Shown here: piece by piece, positions 10,525 to 19,513 of the stretch
Position numbering within the stretch: the first letter of the stretch is position 1
Layout: every line of letters begins with the position of its first letter
Origin: Candidatus Omnitrophota bacterium
GTDB lineage: Bacteria; Omnitrophota; Gorgyraeia; Zapsychrales; Fredricksoniimonadaceae
Direction of reading: 5' to 3'
Length of the DNA stretch: 64,000 nucleotides
NCBI GenBank assembly: GCA_028870995.1
Contig: JAGWOI010000005.1
Location: forward strand, 39,807-103,806
Translations under genes and position numbers: made by a program
Notes under the pieces: generated by a model
What the model was told of the DNA's origin: nothing
Database searches by the model: none
Seen by the model: only the letters and a program-made list of their open reading frames with translations

Positions 10525-10631
10525 TATGTCTCAACGGGTGGCCGAGGGAGGGGCATCCCCGCCGCGCGCAGGCTTTTGCGAGCACGGCGGGGAAACCCGA
10601 GGACAGGACCCGTTGAGCAGCATAATAATTT

Positions 10632-12665
10632 ATGTCCGCGCTGCCGTCGTTTTTCAATAATAAATTACCCATTCTCAAGCAAATCCCCATTTTTCACGGC
10701 CTGAACTGGTTCGAATTAAACCGGGTCAGCCGTTATGTCGAGGTTGTTGATTTCAACAAAGGGGATATCATTTGCCGCCAAGGGGCGCCGGCGGATGCTT
10801 TTTATGCCCTGGTTTCAGGACGGGTGTATTCCTATACACTTGACCATTATGGAAAAAAGCAGGATGTTGATTTCATCCTGCGCGGCATGCAGTTTGGCAT
10901 CATATCGGCGCTGACCGGAGAAAACCATTCCCACACCTATGAAGCCATCAACGACTCCATTGTCATCAAGATCAACAGGGACAATTTCTCCCAGCTGCTC
11001 AAATCAATCCCTAAGTTAGGCGTGGCCCTAAGCCAAACCCTGTCCCACCGCATGCACAGTCATGTCACCCATGCCAGAAGCCAGGAAAGCACCATCATTG
11101 CCGTTTATGCGCCTGTGGCAGGGTCCGGGGCTTCTACCTATGCGGCGAACCTGGCCTTGCATTTGAAAGAGCAGACCGATAAAAAAGTCCTGCTGCTGAG
11201 CCTTTCTTCCAACAAGGATGAGGAGCGTCCGGCTTTGGGGAACATCGTCGGGGACCACCAGGCCATCATGAATGCCATCAGCAAAGGGGTCCTGGCGGTA
11301 GACCTTTTGAGCGTTAAGTTTGACGCGCAAAATCCGGCGCTGGCAGGCAAGATCAGCCAGTTTGTCAGCGCGCCGGTCAATGATTATCATTACATCGTCC
11401 TGGATCTGCCCAATGAAATGGATGATGTGGTCATGAAAACCTTGACACAGTCGGACATCATTCATCTGGTCAGCCTGGACAACGAAAGGGACCTGGACAC
11501 CACCCGCCATGTCATTGACAAGATCAGCGCCAGCCTCAAAGAGAAGTTCCAGACCGAACGGGTCCAGGTCATCATCGGTGGGGTCAACGAGGGAAACCAA
11601 CTGACGCCCCAAGAGATACAAAAGATACTCAATTATGACGTCTTCCTCTTTTTACCGCACCTTCAGGCCCATGAGTTTTCCTATAAAAAAGTCGCTCCTG
11701 GTTTTTCTTTTGTTGAAGTGGATGCTAAAAGCGAATACGCCAAGACCATACGCCGGCTTTCCCGCCAGATAAGCCAAGTGATGGTTGGGCTGGTGCTGGG
11801 CGGCGGGGCCGCCCTGGGGCTGGCGCATATCGGTGTCATCCGGGTTTTAGAGCGGGAGGGGATCCTTGTTGATGTGGTGGTCGGCAGCAGCATGGGGGCC
11901 CTGGTGGCCAGCCTTTGGGCGGTAGGGCACAGCGCCGACGAACTGGAGAAATTCGGGCAGGAGTTTCAGAACAAGTCCGCCTTGCTCAATGTCTGGGATC
12001 CCATAATCCCGATAGCTGGTATTGTCGGCGGCGAGGGCATCTCGCACTGGCTTAAGGGCAAGCTGGACAACAAAACTTTTCATGACAGCAAGATCCCTTT
12101 AAGGATCGTGACCTACGACCTTTTTCACCGCAAGGAGATCGTTGTCAGCGACGGCACTCTGGTCGATGCGGTGCGCAAAAGTGTCGCCATTCCAGGGGTC
12201 ATCAAGCCGGTCATGGAAGGCCGGCAGATGATCATCGACGGCGGCGTCCTCAACCCGCTGCCCACCAATGTCCTGGTGGACATGGGGGTCAAGAAGATCA
12301 TTGCCATCAACGTGCTGCAATCACCCGAAGAGGTGGATTGGTCCCAGAAAATGGCGGACGAGCATTTAGTCAGGTGTTTCAATATGCCTTTTGCCAAGCA
12401 TCCTTTCAAATTCTTAGGGTTTAGGTTAGGATGGCTGCTGGCCAAAATGTTCACGCCCAATATCGCTGACATCATCGTACGCACCCTGCAAGCTTCGGAA
12501 TTTGTGATCGCGGAGGCAAGCGCGCGTCAGGCGGATGTCCTGATCCATCCGGATTTAAGGGGGATCAACTGGTTTGAGTTGTACAAGGTCGACGAGCTGA
12601 TCCAGCGCGGGGAAGCCGCCGCCCAAAAAGCCCTTCCGGCCATCAAGGCCCTGGTCTCCCGATAA
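10632..12665 (+). CDS. cyclic-nucleotide-binding domain / degenerate ParA-MinD-like segment / patatin-like phospholipase (NTE-like) protein
   Basis: N-terminal CAP_ED-like domain (FGIISALTGENHSHTYEAINDS); middle segment IIAVYAPVAGSGASTYAANLA resembles a P-loop NTPase with no Walker Lys; C-terminal patatin motifs GGGAALG, GSSMG and DGGVLNPLP. Confidence 0.8.
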   Translation: MSALPSFFNNKLPILKQIPIFHGLNWFELNRVSRYVEVVDFNKGDIICRQGAPADAFYALVSGRVYSYTLDHYGKKQDVDFILRGMQFGIISALTGENHSHTYEAINDSIVIKINRDNFSQLLKSIPKLGVALSQTLSHRMHSHVTHARSQESTIIAVYAPVAGSGASTYAANLALHLKEQTDKKVLLLSLSSNKDEERPALGNIVGDHQAIMNAISKGVLAVDLLSVKFDAQNPALAGKISQFVSAPVNDYHYIVLDLPNEMDDVVMKTLTQSDIIHLVSLDNERDLDTTRHVIDKISASLKEKFQTERVQVIIGGVNEGNQLTPQEIQKILNYDVFLFLPHLQAHEFSYKKVAPGFSFVEVDAKSEYAKTIRRLSRQISQVMVGLVLGGGAALGLAHIGVIRVLEREGILVDVVVGSSMGALVASLWAVGHSADELEKFGQEFQNKSALLNVWDPIIPIAGIVGGEGISHWLKGKLDNKTFHDSKIPLRIVTYDLFHRKEIVVSDGTLVDAVRKSVAIPGVIKPVMEGRQMIIDGGVLNPLPTNVLVDMGVKKIIAINVLQSPEEVDWSQKMADEHLVRCFNMPFAKHPFKFLGFRLGWLLAKMFTPNIADIIVRTLQASEFVIAEASARQADVLIHPDLRGINWFELYKVDELIQRGEAAAQKALPAIKALVSR

Positions 12666-12760
12666 ATCCCTCTTGTCAAAGCCGCCAAACAGTGATATCC
12701 TAAATACGTCAAAAATTGAAGTATATAGCCCTCTATAGGGCCAATGCTAGGAGTGTATGT

Positions 12761-13354
12761 ATGGAAATTAAAACCATGATCCAGAGCACGCCAAACCCCA
12801 ACGCGCTCAAATTTGTCTTGAATATGCCTGTTAAGAATGAAGGAAAGGTGACGTACAAAAACGCCGGCCAATGTCAGCATAATCCCATGGCCGCGGCCTT
12901 ATTTACGGTCCCGAATGTTACGGAAGTTTATTTCTTTGACAATTACATCACCGTGACCCAGGACGGCGGGGTGGATTGGGACGAGATTGAAGAGCAGATC
13001 AAGAAGATCGTTCTTGAATATGCGCCCACCCATGACCCTGATTTTAAGGTGGAAGAAGAGAAAAGGCCTTCCACTCCAGTGTCGGATAATCCTGAGATCG
13101 CCAAGATCAACGCGATTCTGGACAACACCATCCGTCCCGGGCTGCAGATGGACGGCGGGGACCTTCAGATCGTCAGCTTCGACGGGACAAATTTGATCGT
13201 CAATTACCAGGGCGCGTGCGGCTCCTGCCCCAGTTCCACCATGGGCACCCTGAAGGTGATCGAAAGCATCCTGCGCGATCAATATAATCCCGAGATCGTG
13301 GTGCAAACAGAAGGCGGGATGGTAGGAGGATATTCTCATGGAGAGCCTTATTAA
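12761..13354 (+). CDS. nfuA: NifU/Nfu-type Fe-S cluster scaffold/carrier (Nfu_N + NifU C-terminal CxxC)
   Basis: AGGAG RBS 7 nt upstream; Nfu_N-like N-terminus (IQSTPNPNALKF); C-terminal CGSCPSS. Confidence 0.8.
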   Translation: MEIKTMIQSTPNPNALKFVLNMPVKNEGKVTYKNAGQCQHNPMAAALFTVPNVTEVYFFDNYITVTQDGGVDWDEIEEQIKKIVLEYAPTHDPDFKVEEEKRPSTPVSDNPEIAKINAILDNTIRPGLQMDGGDLQIVSFDGTNLIVNYQGACGSCPSSTMGTLKVIESILRDQYNPEIVVQTEGGMVGGYSHGEPY

Positions 13355-13679
13355 CAAAAAATGCTTGCCTTGCGAAGGCATCGGCCGCGCCTTGACCCAG
13401 GGGGAAGTGCAGTCCCATTTAGGGGAGATCCCCGGCTGGGCCATCGGCAGTGACGGCAAAAGCATCGAACGTTCTTTGACCCTCAAAAATTTTGTCGCTT
13501 GTGTCAATTTTATAAACAAGATCAAGGACATCGCCGAAGACCAGCAGCACCATCCGGATGTGCATTTGACCGGGTATAAGCATTTAAAAGTGGTCTTATA
13601 TACGCACGCGCTTGGCGGAATTACGGAGAATGACTTGATCCTGGCCGCCAAGATCAATCAATTGGAGGCGCATGTTTAA
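13338..13679 (+). CDS. phhB: pterin-4a-carbinolamine dehydratase (PCD/DCoH)
   Basis: 113 aa; EHHPD-like segment (DQQHHPDVHLTGYKHLKV). Confidence 0.8.
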   Translation: MESLINKKCLPCEGIGRALTQGEVQSHLGEIPGWAIGSDGKSIERSLTLKNFVACVNFINKIKDIAEDQQHHPDVHLTGYKHLKVVLYTHALGGITENDLILAAKINQLEAHV

Positions 13680-14142
13680 AATCAACCGGAAATTGGAATA
13701 CGCTTTGATCTCGCTAAGGCACATGAGCGCCAAAGCGCCCGGCCAGTTGACATCGGCCAAGGAAGTCTGCGATATCTATCATACGCCTTTTGACCCCACC
13801 TCCCGCGTGCTGCAGATCATGGCCCAGCACGAGATCGTGCGTGCGGAGCAGGGGGCACATGGCGGGTACCAAATCTTGAAGGACCTCTCCAAGATCACTC
13901 TTTTCGATTTAACCCAGATCATCGAGGGCCCCATCCAGATCGTCAACTGTTTCCACGGTAATTATTCGCATTGCGACATGACATCCAGCTGCAACGTCAT
14001 TTCGCCCATGCTTAATTTGAATGAACGGATCGCGGAGATGTTCAAGACCATCAATGTGCGGGAATTGATCTCCTCGCGTAACCAGGGGGAGAGGCTCATC
14101 CGTTCCAAACCTTTTGTTCAGGAAGCCCAGGCCAAGGAGTGA
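13672..14142 (+). CDS. Rrf2-family transcriptional regulator (IscR/SufR-like, Fe-S ligand cysteines present)
   Basis: N-terminal Rrf2 wHTH ([13 protein letters not shown]); cysteine cluster C..CDMTSSC; immediately upstream of sufB. Confidence 0.85.
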   Translation: MFKINRKLEYALISLRHMSAKAPGQLTSAKEVCDIYHTPFDPTSRVLQIMAQHEIVRAEQGAHGGYQILKDLSKITLFDLTQIIEGPIQIVNCFHGNYSHCDMTSSCNVISPMLNLNERIAEMFKTINVRELISSRNQGERLIRSKPFVQEAQAKE

Positions 14143-14143
14143 T

Positions 14144-15601
14144 ATGTCAGATATTGTTAAACAAAAAGAACTGGAAGATAATAAGCTGGCCGGTGAATAC
14201 CGTTACGGATTTCATACGGTCATTGCTGAAGATAAGGCACCCAAAGGCTTAAATGAGGACATCGTTGCCCTTATTTCCGCCAAGAAGAAAGAGCCGGAAT
14301 GGATGCTGGAGTGGCGCCTGAAGGCCTTTCGCCATTGGCAAAAGATGCAGGAGCCGTCCTGGCCCAATTTTGAATACGGCCCTATTGATTACCAGGACAT
14401 CTACTATTATTCGGCGCCCAAGCAAAAGAAGGAAAACCCCAAGAACCTTTCCGAGGTCGACGAAGAGTTGCTCAAGACCTTCGACCGGCTGGGCATTCCC
14501 TTGACCGAACAGAAGCGCCTGACCGGGGTGGCGGTGGATGCCGTCTTCGACAGCATTTCTGTCGGGACCACCCACCAGGGCGAGCTGGCCAAGCACGGCA
14601 TCATCTTTTGCTCCATGTCGGAGGCCATCCTCCATCATCCGGAATTGGTGAAAAAATATTTGGGATCGGTTGTTCCCTATACGGATAATTTTTTTGCCAC
14701 CCTAAATTCGGCGGTATTTTCCGACGGCTCATTTTGCTATATCCCCAAGGGCGTACGCTGCCCGCTGGAACTTTCCACCTATTTTCGCATCAACGCAGAG
14801 GACACCGGGCAGTTTGAACGCACGTTGATCGTGGCCGAAGACAGCAGTTATGTCAGTTATCTGGAAGGCTGCACCGCGCCCATGCGTGATACCAACCAAT
14901 TGCATGCCGCAGTGGTTGAATTGGTGGCATTGGATGATGCCGAGATCAAGTATTCGACGGTGCAGAACTGGTATTCCGGGGACAAGGAAGGCAAGGGCGG
15001 TATTTATAACTTTGTCACCAAGCGCGGCAAATGCTTAGGCGCCCGTTCCAAGATTTCCTGGACCCAGGTGGAGGCAGGCAGTGCCATCACCTGGAAGTAC
15101 CCGAGCGTCATTCTGCAAGGCGACCATTCGGTAGGGAAATTTTATTCCGTGGCCCTGACCAACAACCGCATGACCGCGGACACCGGCACCAAGATGATCC
15201 ATATCGGCAAGAACACCAGGAGCACCATCGTCTCCAAGGGCATCTCTTCGGATTTTGCCCATAACAGCTACCGGGGCCTGGTCAAGATCATGCCGACCGC
15301 CGAGGGGGCCAGGAATTTCTCCCAATGCGATTCCATGCTGGTGGGCAACAAGTGCAGCGCCAATACTTTTCCGTATATTGAGGTCAAGAACAACACGGCG
15401 GTGGTTGAACACGAGGCTTCCACCTCCAAGATCAACGCCGAGCAGATGTTTTACCTGCGTTCGCGCGGGCTTGATCTGGAAGAGGCGGTGTCGCTTATCA
15501 TCAACGGGTTTTGCAAGGACGTGTTCAAGGAGCTGCCTTTGGAATTTTCCGTCGAGGCAGTTAAATTACTGGAAATGAAACTGGAAGGGAGTGTCGGCTA
15601 A
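14144..15601 (+). CDS. sufB: Fe-S cluster assembly protein SufB
   Basis: 486 aa; start taken at MSDIVK after an AAGGAG RBS rather than the overlapping upstream ATG. Confidence 0.93.
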   Translation: MSDIVKQKELEDNKLAGEYRYGFHTVIAEDKAPKGLNEDIVALISAKKKEPEWMLEWRLKAFRHWQKMQEPSWPNFEYGPIDYQDIYYYSAPKQKKENPKNLSEVDEELLKTFDRLGIPLTEQKRLTGVAVDAVFDSISVGTTHQGELAKHGIIFCSMSEAILHHPELVKKYLGSVVPYTDNFFATLNSAVFSDGSFCYIPKGVRCPLELSTYFRINAEDTGQFERTLIVAEDSSYVSYLEGCTAPMRDTNQLHAAVVELVALDDAEIKYSTVQNWYSGDKEGKGGIYNFVTKRGKCLGARSKISWTQVEAGSAITWKYPSVILQGDHSVGKFYSVALTNNRMTADTGTKMIHIGKNTRSTIVSKGISSDFAHNSYRGLVKIMPTAEGARNFSQCDSMLVGNKCSANTFPYIEVKNNTAVVEHEASTSKINAEQMFYLRSRGLDLEEAVSLIINGFCKDVFKELPLEFSVEAVKLLEMKLEGSVG

Positions 15602-16356
15602 TGCTTCAAATCAAGGATTTACATGCCGGTATCGAAGGCAAGGAAATTTTAAAGGGCATTTCATTGGGCGTAAACGCCGGCGAAGTGCATGCGATCATGG
15701 GGCCCAACGGTTCCGGCAAGAGCACCTTGTCCAAGGTGCTGGCCGGTCATCCTCAATACGAGGTCACTTCAGGCTCCATCGAATACGAGGTTAATTTCAA
15801 GAAGCTGGAATTAGTCGGCATGGAACCCGACGAACGTGCCCGCGAAGGCATCTTTCTGGCTTTCCAGTATCCGGTGGAAATACCCGGCGTGCCCAGCTCG
15901 GTGTTTTTGCGCGCGGCGTTCAACGCCATCTGCCGCCATCAGGGGGCTGAGGAAATGGACCCCATCGATTTCGACAGTTATGTCCGTGAGAAAATGAAGC
16001 TCCTGGAAATGGACGATAAATTCATCGACCGTCCGGTCAACGTGGATTTCTCCGGCGGCGAGAAAAAACGCAATGAGATCCTGCAAATGGCGGTCCTGAA
16101 CCCTAGGCTGTCGATCCTGGATGAAACGGATTCCGGCCTGGACATCGATTCCATGAAGATCGTGGCCGCCGGCGTCAATAAGCTGCGCCGCAAGGATAAT
16201 GCCGTTATCCTGATCACCCATTATCAGCGGCTGCTCAATTATATCCAGCCCGATTTTGTCCACATCCTCTACGACGGCAAGATCATCAGGTCTGAAGGCA
16301 GGGAATTGGCCCTGGAAGTCGAAAACCGCGGATATGATTGGCTCATCAAAAGGTAA
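15601..16356 (+). CDS. sufC: Fe-S cluster assembly ATPase SufC
   Basis: Walker A GPNGSGKST and ABC signature; 251 aa. Confidence 0.93.
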   Translation: MLQIKDLHAGIEGKEILKGISLGVNAGEVHAIMGPNGSGKSTLSKVLAGHPQYEVTSGSIEYEVNFKKLELVGMEPDERAREGIFLAFQYPVEIPGVPSSVFLRAAFNAICRHQGAEEMDPIDFDSYVREKMKLLEMDDKFIDRPVNVDFSGGEKKRNEILQMAVLNPRLSILDETDSGLDIDSMKIVAAGVNKLRRKDNAVILITHYQRLLNYIQPDFVHILYDGKIIRSEGRELALEVENRGYDWLIKR

Positions 16357-16360
16357 AGTG

Positions 16361-17671
16361 ATGGAACAACAAGCTCCCTTAAATATCGAAGGGCTGGCCG
16401 AGTACCAGTCTAAATTATTCAATAATTCAACCCCGTGGCTGAAGTCTTTTCGACGGCAGAGTTTTGATCAATGGTCGGCCGCAGCCATGCCCGGCCCCAA
16501 GGAGGAGGAATGGAAGTATACACCCCTTTCGCCCCTGGTCAGCCGTTGTTTTCAACTGGCCAAACGCCATCAATTGATCGAGGATAGGCAATTCGAGAAT
16601 TACCGCAGCAAGGCAGACATCAATGTGGTCCTGGTTAACGGCGTTTTATGGGCGGAACTGTCGAATTTAAAGAATCTTCCTGCGGGGCTTCAGATTTCTG
16701 CATTCAGTGAGGCCTTATCCCATGGCGGCGATGGGGCTCAGGACACCATCGCTAAATTGACGGCCAACGATTCCAAGCCGTTTTTATGGATGAACCAGGC
16801 TCTTTTTTTGGACGGCGCTTTTATCGAGGTGGCCGAGGAAGCCAGGATCGAACCCCTGATCCATATCATTCATATCACCAGCGGCATTGTACCCGATACG
16901 GTCGTTTTTCCGCGTTCCTATGTTTCCGTCGGGAAGTCGGCTGCCGTCAATATCATGGAAAGCCACATTTGTTTTGAGCCGGTGGCCTATCTGGCCAATG
17001 CGGTAACCGATATCCGCATTGGACAAGAGGCCCTGGTGGGCTATTGCAAGGCCCAGGCCGAATCGCATCAGGCCACCCATATAGGCAGCACCCGTATCTG
17101 GCAGGAGAGGGCCAGTTGCCTGGATTCCTTTTCGTTCAATCACGGCGGATTGCTTGTGCGCAACAATCTTTCTATCCTCATCAAGGGCGAGGGAACGCAT
17201 ACGATCATGAACGGCCTTTACGGCATCGACGGTGACCAGCACGTCGATAATCATACGCTTCTGGATATCCGGCATCCCAATTGCTCCAGTTATCAGCTCT
17301 ATAAGGGGCTTTTGAACGGCAAGTCCAGGGCGGTGTTTAACGGCAAGATCTATGTGCATGCCGATGCTCAGAAAACCGATGCCTACCAGCTCAATAAACA
17401 CTTGTTGCTGGGCAAGGAAGCGCGGGTCGACACCAAGCCCCAATTGGAGATTTTTGCCGATGATGTCAAATGCACGCACGGGGCCACCATCGGCCAGCTG
17501 AATGAGGATGAGGTCTTTTATTTGCAAAGCCGCTGCATCCCCAAGCAGACAGCTATTGGGCTGTTGTCCAAGGGATTTATCGACGATATCATCAATACCG
17601 TCAAAAGCGACGCCATCCGTGTCAAATTAAACCGGCTGCTGCTTAAGAAATTCCCGGAAATAAAACTGTAA
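16361..17671 (+). CDS. sufD: Fe-S cluster assembly protein SufD
   Basis: SufB/D family C-terminal region; start placed 5 nt after the sufC stop. Confidence 0.85.
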   Translation: MEQQAPLNIEGLAEYQSKLFNNSTPWLKSFRRQSFDQWSAAAMPGPKEEEWKYTPLSPLVSRCFQLAKRHQLIEDRQFENYRSKADINVVLVNGVLWAELSNLKNLPAGLQISAFSEALSHGGDGAQDTIAKLTANDSKPFLWMNQALFLDGAFIEVAEEARIEPLIHIIHITSGIVPDTVVFPRSYVSVGKSAAVNIMESHICFEPVAYLANAVTDIRIGQEALVGYCKAQAESHQATHIGSTRIWQERASCLDSFSFNHGGLLVRNNLSILIKGEGTHTIMNGLYGIDGDQHVDNHTLLDIRHPNCSSYQLYKGLLNGKSRAVFNGKIYVHADAQKTDAYQLNKHLLLGKEARVDTKPQLEIFADDVKCTHGATIGQLNEDEVFYLQSRCIPKQTAIGLLSKGFIDDIINTVKSDAIRVKLNRLLLKKFPEIKL

Positions 17672-17679
17672 TTTGTCCT

Positions 17680-18906
17680 ATGTCTTCTTTTGACGTTCAC
17701 CGCTATCGAGCGGAGTTCCCCAATCTTAAAATCAATGTCCACGGCAAGCCCCTCGTTTATCTGGATAATGCGGCGACCACGCTCAAGCCGCGTTGTGTGA
17801 TTGATGCCGTCAACGCGTATTATGTGACCGGCGTATCTAACGTGCATCGCGGCGTGCATTTCTTAAGCGAGCAGGCTACCGCGGCCTTTGAATATTCCCG
17901 TCAGGTGGTGCGCCAGTTCCTTCACGCGGCCAAGGTGCATGAGATCATTTTTACCAAGGGCGCCACCGAGTCGTTGAACCTGGTGGCCCAGTCCTTTGGC
18001 CGGCAATTCCTTAAAAAGGGCGATGAGATCATCATTTCCCACATGGAGCATCATTCCAACATCGTGCCCTGGCAGCTTCTTTGCGAGCAAACTGGCTGTG
18101 TGCTTAAGGTGATCCCCATCAATGAGAAAGGCGAAATCATTTTTGAAGAATATCTCAAGCTCTTATCGGACAAAACCAAGCTTGTCTCGGTTGTTTGGGT
18201 TTCCAATTCATTAGGGACCGTGAATCCCATCAAGGCCATTATTGATGCGGCCCATCAAAGAGGCGCGGTGGCGGTCATCGACGCGGCCCAGGGCGTGACC
18301 CATGCGCCGACGGATGTGCAGGCCCTGGATTGCGATTTTTTGGTCTTTTCGGGACATAAGATCCTAGGCCCCACAGGAGTCGGGGTGCTTTACGGCAAGG
18401 AGAAATGGCTGGAGGCCATGCCGCCTTATCAGGGAGGCGGGGATATGATCAAAAGTGTCAGCTTCTCCAAGACTTTGTATAACGCCTTGCCTTATAAATT
18501 TGAAGCCGGAACGCCGCCTATTGCGGAGGTCATCGGCCTGCGCTCGGCCCTTGATTTTTTGCAGACCATCAATTGGGAGGCAATGAAGGCCCACAAGCAG
18601 GAACTGCTTGATTACGGGACCAAAAAGCTTTTAACCATCGATGGTGTGCGTATCATCGGAACGGCCCATAAGAAGACTTCCATCATATCCTTTGTGGTAG
18701 AGGGTGTTCATCCCCATGACCTCGGTACCATTGTGGACCAGGATGGGGTGGCCATCCGCACCGGCCATCACTGCACCCAGCCGGTGATGGAATTCTTCAA
18801 CGTCCCGGCCACGGCCAGGGCCTCGATGGCTTTCTACAATACCAAGGAAGAGCTCGATATCCTGGCCAAGGCCGTTGTCCGTGCCAAGGAGATCTTTCAT
18901 GCGTGA
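17680..18906 (+). CDS. sufS: cysteine desulfurase SufS (class II aminotransferase)
   Basis: PLP-Lys motif SGHK; active-site Cys in HHCTQP; 408 aa. Confidence 0.92.
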   Translation: MSSFDVHRYRAEFPNLKINVHGKPLVYLDNAATTLKPRCVIDAVNAYYVTGVSNVHRGVHFLSEQATAAFEYSRQVVRQFLHAAKVHEIIFTKGATESLNLVAQSFGRQFLKKGDEIIISHMEHHSNIVPWQLLCEQTGCVLKVIPINEKGEIIFEEYLKLLSDKTKLVSVVWVSNSLGTVNPIKAIIDAAHQRGAVAVIDAAQGVTHAPTDVQALDCDFLVFSGHKILGPTGVGVLYGKEKWLEAMPPYQGGGDMIKSVSFSKTLYNALPYKFEAGTPPIAEVIGLRSALDFLQTINWEAMKAHKQELLDYGTKKLLTIDGVRIIGTAHKKTSIISFVVEGVHPHDLGTIVDQDGVAIRTGHHCTQPVMEFFNVPATARASMAFYNTKEELDILAKAVVRAKEIFHA

Positions 18907-19345
18907 CGAACTCTATCAGCAGACCATCCTCGAGCATAACCGCCATCCCAAGAATTTTAAGAAGCTTGAGGGGGCCACGCATGAGGCCGAAGGCTACAAT
19001 CCCTTGTGTGGAGACCATCTTTGGGTCTATATGAAAATTAATGATAAAGGCATTATCGAAGAGGCTGCTTTTCAAGGTTCCGGATGTGCCATTTCCAAGG
19101 CCTCGGCTTCCATGATGACATCATCCCTTAAGGGCAAGAGCATGGAGGAGGCCAAGGTACTGTTTGAAGAGTTTCATCAGCTGGTCATCGGCGAGCTTAA
19201 GCCTGACGAGAAACATCATCACCTGGGCAAACTGGCTGTTTTCTCCGGCATCTGGCAGTACCCGGCCCGTGTTAAATGTGCTTCCTTAAGCTGGCACACC
19301 ATGCATGGTGCACTGGAAAAAGCGAAAACAGTATCTACAGAATAG
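18899..19345 (+). CDS. sufU: SufU/IscU-like sulfur acceptor scaffold
   Basis: NifU_N-like (NPLCGD...GSGCAIS); ATG overlaps the sufS stop. Confidence 0.85.
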   Translation: MRDELYQQTILEHNRHPKNFKKLEGATHEAEGYNPLCGDHLWVYMKINDKGIIEEAAFQGSGCAISKASASMMTSSLKGKSMEEAKVLFEEFHQLVIGELKPDEKHHHLGKLAVFSGIWQYPARVKCASLSWHTMHGALEKAKTVSTE

Positions 19346-19362
19346 ACCATGATTGCATGATA

Positions 19363-19510
19363 GGACCGTTTCTAAATATCCTATTGCCTTATAATAAGTT
19401 CTGGCAGAAGTGTCCCCATATTCATAAATTGGAAAAGGGACACTTCTATTGTAACTCTTTTGAGCTCTAAGGCTTTTGTGGAAACGGTCCAAGGTAGAAC
19501 AAGGTAGAAC
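19363..19510 (+). promoter_or_regulatory. structured 5' leader of moaA: nested perfect 10-bp helices plus a tandem RBS-containing 10-mer; candidate Moco-type riboswitch
   Basis: GGACCGTTTC (19363-19372) pairs with GAAACGGTCC (19481-19490); AGAAGTGTCC (19406-19415) pairs with GGACACTTCT (19438-19447); AAGGTAGAAC x2 (19491-19510) abuts the ATG at 19514. Confidence 0.35.
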
Positions 19511-19513
19511 TTT

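Noticed and set aside
12716-12760. Near-palindrome AGCCCTCTATAGGGCC upstream of nfu as a candidate IscR/Rrf2 operator
   Set aside because: The inverted repeat is imperfect and short. I cannot match it to a known Rrf2 box from memory, so I leave it uncalled.
14114-14143. Alternative upstream starts for sufB (14114), sufD (16256), rplM (38745), argC (39675), argH (46031) and lysA (47433)
   Set aside because: The downstream in-frame Met codons align with the conserved protein N-termini and sit next to RBS-like sequences. The longer forms overlap the preceding genes.
19491-19510. Tandem 10-mer AAGGTAGAAC x2 as a possible CRISPR or microsatellite feature
   Set aside because: There are only two copies and no spacers or cas genes. 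It is better explained as a duplicated Shine-Dalgarno region in the moaA leader, and it is reported under the riboswitch candidate.
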